Source of the DNA: Octopus sinensis
Taxonomy: Eukaryota
Assembly: GCF_006345805.1 (NCBI RefSeq)
Contig: NW_021832829.1
Location: 248,001 to 312,000 of the forward strand
Length of the DNA: 64,000 nucleotides
Direction: 5' to 3'
The position numbers were made by a program, and so were the translations under genes. The notes beneath the pieces were generated by a model. It was not told where the DNA came from and did not search any database. It saw nothing but the letters and a program-made list of their open reading frames with translations. This document shows, piece after piece, positions 54,011-64,000 of the stretch (position 1 is the first letter of the stretch; each line of letters opens with the position of its first letter).

Positions 54011-54899
54011 AGGAATCTCAACTCCTTGGAGATTATTCTATATTTTTAAAATAAAATATTTCAAAAATTTATTTAATCTAAAACAATAAAGTTTTGTCTG
54101 CCCTAAAAATGGAAACAATGTAACTCCTGTAAAACTAAGTACATGCATGCTCGTCATTAGGGTTAGACAATCAAAGTTGAAGTACTTTATTTATTTAAGA
54201 ATTTGAAATTATTAACTTTTCGGATATATATTCAATAAATTTGTTAAAAACATTCACTCAATTATTACATATGTTTTTGTATAAACTTAATAAGTAGGCA
54301 GTTGTAATATTTAAAATTTTTTTGATAACTCTCAAAAGTTAATAAATGTGGTTTAATATGTAGGCCAAATGGATAATAATCAAGTTTTTGTTTAATAATC
54401 GTTTTTAACGTTTTTTATATAACCTCAAAATGTTCTCCCACAACCCTAGAATTTTATATCTGCAAATAGTATGCCCGAATTTAGCCACCGTTGAATGACA
54501 CACCAGTCCTTCTTCCTTAACCAACCACATGTCTGTTTATTGAAAGGATAGAGGTTTTGGATCCTAAAAACTGGGAATACATCAATTTTTAAACACACTG
54601 AAAGTTTTGTTATCGATTTATTCAGTACAAATTAGAATTTCTTTCAAGAAAATAAAATCTGATTAATTACTCAATCCTTGGGGGTGAAATTGCATTATTT
54701 GATAATTATATTTTTGAAGTACATAATAATCTCCGTGCACTATTCAAATTTCAGGGTTAAAGTTTCACACAGAAACGGATTCAGGCAAAGGGGTTAATTA
54801 AAAGCTACAGAAATAACTGGTTGAATGAATGAATTTTTTATTAAAACTGAAAAGCCGAAAAAAGAGAGAGAAAGTTAATGAGACAACGTATGCCTCTTC

Positions 54900-55370
54900 T
54901 CCGTTGTTTCCCTCTTTTTTATGTTTAATTAGAGATTCGAGAGGAAAAGGCTCTCTCAAGAACATTTCCAAACGTTTCCGTCGCGTCTTCGATCTCTTGA
55001 GGGATGGGTTGGTCCAGCTGGAGTCCATTTGCCAATTTGATGGCATATCGTCTCGTCTTTTCGAGCTTAGCGATAATTCCATCCCTCGAACCCGTAGGTA
55101 AGCAATGGTTCGACGCACGTTTTATAAACATATAAAAACGTTTCCTGACAAAGGTGGAAGTGAATTATGCTCCTGAGAATTTGAGCGCATTTTCTTCTCC
55201 TCGAGTTGATGTATCTGAAGTAAGAACCATTGGATCCAACTTCAACCCCAAAGTATTTCAGATTCTCCGTTACTGTAAACCCATGGAGGTTTCTCGGCGG
55301 TTTTCGTTTAGCTTGCTGTTTTGCAATCCAAGTGGCGGTGCACTTTTCTTTTGCTAGTGTCAACTGGTTG
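54900..55370 (-). mobile_element. Non-LTR RT C-terminal remnant
   Basis: ENLKYFGVEV...LYVYKTCVEPLLTYGFEGW, with frameshifts. Confidence 0.65.
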
Positions 55371-55606
55371 TAAATACAAAAACTGTTTCTTTTGAATTTA
55401 TCAAAAATAAAAATTTGGCAATAGCCGATAAAATTTCATTTGCACTTAAAAAGCTTATGTCAAGTACCATTAAACACACATAATGACGTTAAATACAAGA
55501 CATTAAGTATCAAAAATCGATTTTTCGCGATTATTTTTAATTTACCATCACATAGTACCTGTGACAATAATTAGGATAACATAAGATGTTGAGAGTTTCC
55601 TTTAGG

Positions 55607-56539
55607 CAGGGGTGTCAAACTTATTTCGCTTCGAGGTCCAAATTTATAATAATTTTTTATCAAGAAAAGATTGTTTTTTGATGAAAAACCATAATTAGGA
55701 AATCTAAATATGTAATCACCATCTTTCAATCATTCTTAGAAAGTTACTTCCAGATGATTGAAATTTTTTTTCAAAACATTTTTTGATATATCGAGCTCAA
55801 TAATTCGGGTAATTCCGACTTTAATGAAAACGATAAATTATAATTTGCAAGTTGTGTTCTATAACAGTTTTTGTTAATTTTATAAATGAAAAAAGTTGTT
55901 TACACAGATATGCCTAACCAAACATTTTGGTAACAAAATTTATAAATTTTTAAAAATTTTCGTGAAGATGCGCGTAAAGAAAACAGGTATTCCAGCCGAT
56001 TAGATCCATAACAATTCTATTTGTAAATTTTTATCTATATTGGAAGCATCGAAAGCGAATAGTGCTATGAATTTCTGTTCAAAAGGCGAGAAATCATTGA
56101 ATCTTTCCAAAAATTTCTTTAACAACACATCCAGTTTTCTTTCATACTTAGAAAAACTCATTACAGCATGTGTACCAACAGTACTTCCTCAAGTAGAAAA
56201 ATGAGCTAAATCTTAATTCAATAGTTGAAACTTTCATAGTGTTATTTTCGAAATAAAACACTTAATATCATCTGACAACTGAGATATGAGCTTGTTTTTG
56301 CACTTCAATTCCATATTAAGGTCGTTCAAATGTGTAGTAAGATCAACTGCAAAAGCCAAATCTTGGATCCAAGATTCACTTTTTTACCTCGTTTGTGTTT
56401 TGAATTTCATTTCTATAAATTTAAATTTTTATTAAAACAAAGAAAATATACTGTTTTACTAGTGTTGCATTACTCCAATAAACATTACTGTTGCAATGAG
56501 GCTTGCGGACCGCATCATAAATTCCGAGAGCCGCATGTT
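55607..56539 (-). mobile_element. hAT (Buster/GTF2IRD2-like) remnant with one TIR
   Basis: CAGGGGTGTCAAAC TIR at 55607; minus strand DLAFAVDLTTHLNDLNMELK...LAHF; the other end breaks at GAGCCGCATGTT, just short of the expected TIR. Confidence 0.75.
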
Positions 56540-56569
56540 AGAATAAAAATTTTTTTGATTTTAGCAATA

Positions 56570-57764
56570 CAGTCCGACCCCCAAATGGGGCACCAAGTGC
56601 CCCAAAATGCGGGGGTGCCCCAAAAACAGGGGTTTGTTATTTTTTTAAAAATTAAACCATTAATAAACATCAAAAAACATTTTTACTAAAATATTCAGTT
56701 ATTTTCTTTTTATTTGTAGAGTTTTGTCTGATATTGTTCGTCAATTTCAGCCGAAAATCAAAAAAATCTCGGAGCATACTTGGTGCAACATTAGAAGTCT
56801 TTCCAGTCATCCATGCATTTTGAGAAGATGAATACAATAACCCAAAATCTTGAACATCAAAATTTTTTAGACACCGAGGTTTTTTATATTTTCCAATAAT
56901 CAATGGATTAAGTTTTTCCCCGATTAAACTGCAGCATAGAAGAACAGTGAGTCTTTCTTTCCCTTGTTTATAACCAAAACACGGTTCGCCTTGTTCAACA
57001 AATGATTTTTGAGTTCTTTTTATAAAAAGCGCAGTTTCATCACAATTAAATATATTCTCAGGTCCATATTTTAATACTTTCTGGTCATATTTTTCAAAAT
57101 AATTTTTCACATAAGATAAATCACATGAAGCTTTTTCACCACATATTGACTTGAATTGAAGTTCATGCCGCAATTTAAATCTATCAAGCCACCCATTGGA
57201 AGCTTTAAAAGAAGTAAATCCAATTTTTGAAGCTGTAACTAAGGCAATTTTTTTCAAAATAGGGCCTGAAATCGGAATTTTATCTACGCGTAGTCTTTGA
57301 AATATTTCAAAGACTTGATCATCAAATTTATCTTTATCGGCTTTAAATGTGTCATATTCCTCAGAAATAGTATTGCCGTGTTGCAAGAAAGGTACAATAT
57401 TTCGTTTTATTCTTGATATTGTTCCTTTACTTGTGTTGTACTTTTTCATTAGTTGCCTCTCAGATAAATTTTTCTTCAAAATTTCTTTAGCAATCTTCAA
57501 TTTAGTTTCGTAATCCATAACCACAACAATAAAAATATAAATTGAAAATAAAACAAAAAATAATTAATTTATTATAATTTTATTTTATTTTTAATTCCTT
57601 ATAAATGATTTTATGGTGCCCCAAAAATTCCATAATTTTTTATCGATTTTTATTTTTTTTCTGCCAAAATGTACTTTTGGAATAAAGTGCCCCAAATTGC
57701 GGGGGTGCCCCAAAATCCGAGGGTGCCCCACCCCTGGGGTCTGCCCCATTTTGGGGTCGGACTG
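56570..57764 (-). mobile_element. pogo/Tigger element, internally deleted, with intact 284-aa ORF (56670-57524)
   Basis: TA TSDs; about 23-bp TIRs CAGTCCGACCCC(C/A)AAATGGGGCA; HTH-psq, CENP-B HTH (PISGPILKKIA, FKASNGWLDRFKLRH), IFNCDETALF, ERLTVLLCCS and AWMT; GTGCCCCA subterminal repeats. Confidence 0.92.
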
Positions 57765-57905
57765 TATGGTTTATTAATATTTGAGATTTTAGTTTGTGTA
57801 GAGAAAAGAGAAAATAGTGCTGAGGAAATTTCAAATTTATATATATCTTAATTAACGCTCAAAGAAATATCTATAATTTTTTAATATTATTTATAAATTT
57901 GATTG

Positions 57906-58529
57906 ATGAGTAGATTCATTCACGTTGGACCACTATTATTAAACAGAACACAAAACATTTTGTCACAGCGAATAACACTTAGTTAATAATTAAATAAAAC
58001 GTAAATGATAGATTTCATTCGGAATGCAGGAGGACCTCCCTCAATAAAGTTCCGTCCATCCACTTTTATGAATAACAGAATAGTCAATGAATTTGTATAA
58101 AGAAAATTAAATTTTAGCACTTTTATACAATGATGGCTGCCATTCCCTCATTTCTCCTAATACTTTACACAAATATTTTTATCGGTTGTCAATTGTAATC
58201 TTAGCACAGGTCGTGCAACCCTGGCTGACATCCCAGAAGGCTACGAACCTGAAGTTTGGGAATATAACCCAGTTTGATCAATTTTCTCATATTCAGCATC
58301 CTATTCAACGATTTATATCATGGTTGACACAGGATCCCATGTATCACTACGAACTGTGTTTAGCTCACTACGTCCGAATATGTGAAGCCAGAGACTTTGC
58401 GTATTATTTTCGTGTTTTGATGCGTAAAGAATGTTGGAAGCCAAGGTAAACGACCTTATGCGTCGGAGGGACGATTATAAAGCATGGTATTATGTGCCAG
58501 TGATCTCTCCTGTTCCGGATGAAGACTGA
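57906..58529 (+). CDS. NDUFB5: NADH dehydrogenase (ubiquinone) 1 beta subcomplex subunit 5 (SGDH)
   Basis: Presequence-like N-terminus; after splicing a 25-nt intron, [23 protein letters not shown]...HPIQRFI; C-terminal KAWYYVPV. Confidence 0.85.
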
Positions 58530-59004
58530 ACTAATATTGTTAATTTTTATTAATTTTCTTTCTTTTTCGGTGTGCGTGTCTAATTATAGCTAGCTAGACT
58601 TTTAGTTTGTATTGCGACACGACGGCAATTCTCTGAGGTGCTTTTGGTCTATTCGAATCTATTTTGATTAGTCTCTATCAAATAAATAAACAGATGGTGC
58701 ATAAAACAGCCCGGAGTGATCAATATCGAAAAAGTGTTGATAACACAAAATCATGCCCATAGACCGTTGTATATTCAAAGTCGGAAGATACATGAACAAA
58801 TTTAGACTTTAAAATAATCGCATAATTTTATTAAGAGATGCATATATTTCACCTATCGATGGATAATGTGAAAGCAACTAATTCGAAACTTAAATCCTAA
58901 AGAGCAGGAGCTGTTTTAGCACTTTTAAGCAATTACTTGATTTACGTTAAATGAACAAAATAAGACAAGGTACCTCCAAAGAAAGAAAAAGTCCAGTCAC
59001 TACA

Positions 59005-60619
59005 TTAAAGTTCTTCTGAAGGAGAAACCTCAAAAGTAAAACTACAAAAGAAACCGATGGAGATGAAGACATGGATTTAACAAAACCAACCAAATCGTTT
59101 AGTTTTCGATCTCCAGTATAGACCGAATGTGTTTCAAAGCTCTTTGCTGATTTAGGGAAAAACACAAGCGTCGGAAACTTCTGAATGTCGAAATCATATT
59201 CGTTCTTTGTCGCGTCAGTCTTAGCAATGATAATGCCATCATTAGATTCGAAGCTTGAAGCCAAATGATCCCAAATGGGCATCAACTTTTTACAGTGACC
59301 GCACCAGGGAGCATCTATAAATATAAAACTATTGGACTAACAGAACATGACAAATGCGTCTTTATCCGAGTCAAATATAACCTGGTCGAAATTCAACAAA
59401 GTCACCACTTTGACTGGATTACTATCCCAGTCCTCCGGAACAGCCTCTTTCTTTAGAGTTCTCTACAAATGAAATGTCAATATTAGCACCTCCAGTTTAT
59501 TATTTAAAAATTTATCCGCAAAGTCAACTATATTATCTTTTTCAAAAGAATCGTCGGTGGGGAAAAATTTAGAAATTGACCCATTTAAATACACTCCTCC
59601 AAAACTTGGGATTTTCGAGAATCCAAAAAACTCTATAATTCCGACGAAATCGGGATTAATTGCATCGATGATAACAAATTGTATCTGAGCTTGAAAACGA
59701 TTAGAAACCTTCATGTCGACAGTATTGACAGCCTCTTCCAGAACTTGAGGGAATCCGAGAATTGGAGGCATCGTAGAGTTGACACAAAACACCACCACTT
59801 TGAGACCATCCTTGAAAACATATTTCATATTGTCCCTCGTCAACCAGACGACGTCGGGAATGTAATTATCATCGATAAATTTGTCGACTGCCTCGCTGGT
59901 TATTTCTCCACTGAAGCGAATAGTCTTTTTATCCTCCTTTTAATATATTAACAGCTAATAAAACATTTCTAAAGAAAAACAGATTCCCAGACTCAGAACT
60001 AAGACTAGAAAGAAGAGAGAAGTCGGTGACATAGACAAATTGTAAATCTCCAGACATCGAAGCAGTTTTAAACTCCTGGAAGTCTTGGGTTTCTGTGTCC
60101 TGTGACAAAATAAGAATCAACAATACAGGAAAATAGCCCACAATGAACGATCCACTAGTCAAGTTGGACAATTCTGATTCAGACGAAACCAGAACGAGAG
60201 ACTTCCCCGTTTTCTTCTTTAAGAACTGGAGAATATCCTGGGATTTTCTTTGACCTGAAATGACAAGATCAGAGATTACCTTCGTAGGTTATTGGTATGC
60301 CATTCGTGAATAATTTAATAACTGGATATCCCTTGATGCCATTTGTCTGACAAAGTTCAGTTTCCTCAGTACAATCCACTTCGGCTACTTTTACGCCAAG
60401 ATCGGGAGATTTTTCGGCAGCTTTAACATACTCGGGTGCCAAAGATTTACAATGACCACACCAAGGGGCATCTGATGATTAAAATGAAAATAATTCAAAT
60501 ATACAAAATTTGACGAGAACATACTTGTTTTCAGAAATGTATTTTGTAAAGTTATCTTCTTCTAATTTTTCCACTGGAGATTGATTACAGATAACGAATA
60601 AGGTAACTAGAAAAAACAT
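59005..60619 (-). CDS. P4HB: Protein disulfide isomerase (a-b-b'-a')
   Basis: Signal-peptide-like start; two WCGHCK active sites (about 60455 and about 59300); [12 protein letters not shown]...FPTLVFFP; predicted C-terminus SEEL*. P4HB versus a paralog is not certain. Confidence 0.85.
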
Positions 60620-61052
60620 ACTAAACATACGTGTTTTTATTTATTCACTTACGAAAATAAGCTAACCAATTAATTCTAAATTAAAATATCAAATAATAAA
60701 TATTGTCAATAATTTTATGATTGACAAAGATCAGGAATAGAACACTACAAGTAATTGTGATTAGTTCAAAGTATCAAATTCAGTGAAAAAAGGAAAAAAA
60801 ATTAAAAAAATTTAAAAAAGCGACCCTTAAAAAATTCAAATTTTTCCGAAAATTTTCGGAAATACCAAAAAGTTCTCCAAAACCAGAGTTTGCGGAGGAA
60901 CTTTTAGGTCAAAACAATTCAAAAACTAATAAGAAAAGAAAAAAGAGTTGTAGATTACCTATCTTGTTATTGACCTGTGTCCACTTGTCATATATGTGCA
61001 AGTTTCAAAGTCTCCTAAATGCTCTGATACAATAACTTAAATATCATTCATA

Positions 61053-62140
61053 CAGTGAACAAAAATAAAAACTGAACACGCTTTTTCTCAAATATTTACA
61101 ATGGGACAATATTACAAATATGTTTCAAATTAATTATTTACATGAAATAAAGTATTTTACGTTTTTTAGTTTTTTTGAGAAATATATATTTATGCGCTTT
61201 TTTAAGAAATCGAAAATTCAAAACCAAAAAAAAAACTGAACAAATTTAATTAATATCTAGTATGTTCACCATTAGCTCGAATTACATTTAGTATTCGGCC
61301 TGTCATGCTATTAATGAGACTTTTTGCGTATTCTGTTTTAAGGTCATTCCAAATCGATGATATTTCTGCAAATAAATGTTCCTTTTTCAACAATTCTCTT
61401 CCTTTGATTTTTTCTTTAATAAAGGCCCAAACATTCTCTATGGGGTTCAAATCTGGGCTTTGTGCAGGCCATGGTAGCAATTCGACTTGAAAAAAGCGCC
61501 TTGCTATCGCCGAAGTATGTTTCAGATGATTGTCATGTTGGTAACTAGGATCTTTATGTTCGATTTTGTTCAGAAATGAGATAATTTTATTCGTTAATAT
61601 GTTAACATGCAAAGCTCCACCCATCTTCTCTTTTATCAAAACCAAATTAATGAATCCAATAATGCTCATGGCACCCCATAACATGATAGTTCCTTTACCG
61701 AATTTTACTGTCTTTGTCAGATTGTTTGTTAAATATTTTTCCTTGCGATTTCTTCATACAAAAGTTCTTCCATCACTATTGTACATATTAAATTTACTTT
61801 CATTACTTAAAATAACTCGCTCCCAAAATATTTTGAGAGCATATTCAATGTTTGGCATAGCGTCAATTATTCAAGTTTACAGGTTTTTGGTAAGAAATGG
61901 TCTTGTATTTATTGTCCTTTTCGTCCAAATTGGAATCTTATTTCACATACTTTCAAGATTTCTGTATTTCTTGGTTTTACGAAAATTTGTGGATTTTCTC
62001 TTTTTTAAGAATACTTATAGGCTGTAAGTTCTAAATAATTGAGATATACTCGATAGAATTTAATAGAAATTTTCTATCAAAATTTTACACCTAGTGGATA
62101 TTTTGTCTTTAAAGGCTGACGTTACTGACATTTGTGGCAT
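61053..62140 (-). mobile_element. Degenerate Tc1/mariner element
   Basis: TA|CAGTG end at 61053; MLWGAMS, YQHDNHLKHTS, LPWPAQSPDLNPIENVW DD34E-type region; frameshifted 5' part; second TIR not found. Confidence 0.85.
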
Positions 62141-62313
62141 GATGATACTACATCCGTAATTATGTTTCGATTGATTATGCAAAAATTATTTTTGCAATAT
62201 TCTTCTATTTTATTAAATCCATAGTGATAAATTGAATGAATCGTTTCACAATGCAGTTTCATGGATTCAAAATCATTTGAGGCAATATCAATATTTTGTT
62301 TCCATCAGATTGT

Positions 62314-62493
62314 AATGGTAGAGGCACTGGGGTACTCCCGCTGCAGGTGCTCTAAAAAGTCTTTATCCTCGAAGTCCCGGGGGACCCCAAGGAGGAGGGC
62401 TCTCACCTGCCCTACCTTGCGTTCAAGCCTGACAAGCCGATGCATGCCAGGCCCGAACGGGATGGACTTTTCTAGCTCCCCTTCGAAGCTGGG
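62314..62493 (-). mobile_element. Non-LTR ORF1 (gag-like) fragment between 43/44-bp direct repeats
   Basis: VRALLLGVPRDFEDKDFLEHLQREYP; repeats at 62271-62313 and 62494-62537. The ORF1 assignment is by resemblance only. Confidence 0.55.
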
Positions 62494-62569
62494 AATCATT
62501 TGAGGCAATTATCAATATTTTGTTTCTATCAGATTGTTTATAGTATAGCACACCTATCATTAGATTTAG

Positions 62570-62850
62570 TAGTAGCTCGTTTCACGACTATCGTGACTCC
62601 TCCTCGAGATGATTAAACCAATATCTGAGAGGAGTTTGAGGGCTTTGGGTCCAATTATCCCACTGGTCTCGAAAGCCAGAGGAATGAAGCAGTTCCCCCG
62701 GGCGATCGCCAATGAGGCTCTTTGGAGAAGATAACGGGTCTTGTTGGGGTTTTTGCTTTTCTTGGCGATCTTCGTCCCAAGCCGACGAAGGAAAAAAAGC
62801 GTTTCCGAGTATCCCCGATGTCTCGACCGCTATTGGGGTAAAATATGATA
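62570..62850 (-). mobile_element. Two CRE-like 3' fragments fused head to tail
   Basis: FYPIAVETSGILG...RYLLQRASLAIARGN joined at about 62691 to CFIPLAFETSGIIGPKALKLLSDIG...RETSY. Confidence 0.75.
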
Positions 62851-63019
62851 ACTTAAATGTAAAATTAGTCGACTTAAGTCCGAAAGTATTTGCATATTTG
62901 TCACCACTTTCTGTACTTTTGTAAAATTTGAGATTAATTTCTTAATTTGTAACAATTGGTGACAAATATTAGCTAATTCTAATCCATTTGAAAATAAAAT
63001 AGACTTAATAGGAGGATTA

Positions 63020-63845
63020 ATACATTATTGTTTGGGACCTGAATGCCAAGCACATAGAACTTGGTTTCAGGATAACCAACGCGCATGGTTTGCTTCTGAA
63101 GACGCTAGTTGAAGACCTCGGACTGGAAGTCCGATTTTCAAGTGAGCCAAACCACATCGACTCGCGAGGAGAACAAGGCTGGCTGGGGCTTGCACTGGTC
63201 AGTCCTGGAATGCTAAATTGGGCTAGTAAAACAATTTTATCGCCCGATATTGGGAGCGACCATCTGCCTCTGTTGCACGAACTCTGAGAGCCAGTTCCTC
63301 AAAGGGTTCCGGGATACTTTGACCTCCGGTCTGGTTCTTGAGCCAACCTGGAGAGGTTCATGGCCAGCAGGTTACCCTCACTTCTAGTGAGGAATACCTG
63401 CGCCAACATACGTGAGTTGGAGGCGCTAGATAATGGAATCAATGCTTCCCTGACTGATCACGCTCCCGTACCGGGTTTTAAATAAAATTAGGTTCAAGAG
63501 ACGTCTGTCCAGACTACGGGATAAATGCGTTCACGAGGTAAACTGTGTTTGGTTTCGTGGCTAGATTAGCCGGCTTCAGAGGGAGATCAGAAGAGAAATC
63601 CATGAATTCGAAAGTTGCCCGCTTCCCGGACTTCTGGAAACAGTTGAAGAGCCTGTTAGGAAGAGGGGAGGCATATTCTGGCAGCAATCTCCTGAAGTAA
63701 GACGGGCCTGGATTGGATCCCTATGGCCATCTTCAAGAAGGCACCGCCTTACAGGTCTTGTTTAGCGGGAGCTTGCGACTTGGGATGATTTCCTCTAGGT
63801 GGAAAGTAGGTGAGGTAATTCTTATTAGAAAACCCGGGAGAATTA
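63020..63845 (+). mobile_element. Degenerate non-LTR ORF2 (APE C-terminus and RT start), Jockey/I-like
   Basis: WDLNAKH...TNAHG...IGSDHLPL APE motifs; ISSRWKVGEVILIRKPG RT motif; many stops. Confidence 0.8.
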
Positions 63846-64000
63846 CTTGAAATTCAATGCGACACTACACTTAAATAAAAATATTTTTCTGAATTAGATA
63901 TTTTGAGCTTTTGCAAAAATTTTGTATGTGTCAAAAAATATCCGCAATTAACCGACAATGCTAAGAAAATGACGTTGCCCTGGAACGATTCGTTCCAAGA

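Noticed and set aside
54157-54166. TTAGGGTTAG telomere-like sequence
   Set aside because: Fewer than two units; expected by chance.

Overview
AT-rich, gene-dense eukaryotic nuclear DNA. Genes are split by very short (mostly 24-29 nt) GT-AG introns, so the ORF track shows only fragments. The Hox gene with a Lox5-type C-terminal peptide marks a spiralian animal. Combined with the tiny introns, a dicyemid mesozoan is the best guess (inference; an orthonectid is the alternative). Host genes recognised: KIF3A (partial), PDCD2, ERICH3, PRPF31, SMARCC (SWI3 family), CFAP47, 6-phosphofructokinase, RB1CC1/FIP200, TRMT12/TYW2, an ankyrin-repeat protein, YJU2, a BTB-Kelch protein, a solitary Lox5-like Hox gene, IQCD/DRC10, NDUFB5 and a protein disulfide isomerase. 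One Cys-rich orphan gene is also present. Intergenic blocks are packed with transposable-element debris: at least eight CRE-like non-LTR fragments, RTE, R4/Dong and Jockey/I-like LINEs, nested hAT elements with intact TSDs, pogo/Tigger, Tc1 and an rve integrase. Highlights: (1) the Lox5-like gene's YPWM hexapeptide is broken by a 4-nt loss and now falls inside a spliceable 35-nt intron, with an ATGA stop-start overlap; (2) an RTE-type LINE has a 5' inversion and a 12-bp TSD, and a poly(A)-tailed CRE copy sits inside it; (3) FIP200 is much reduced and PDCD2 lacks its MYND finger; (4) an in-frame internally deleted pogo keeps its DNA-binding domains. All family calls come from remembered motif similarity; no database search was run. 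Exon boundaries are manual predictions.
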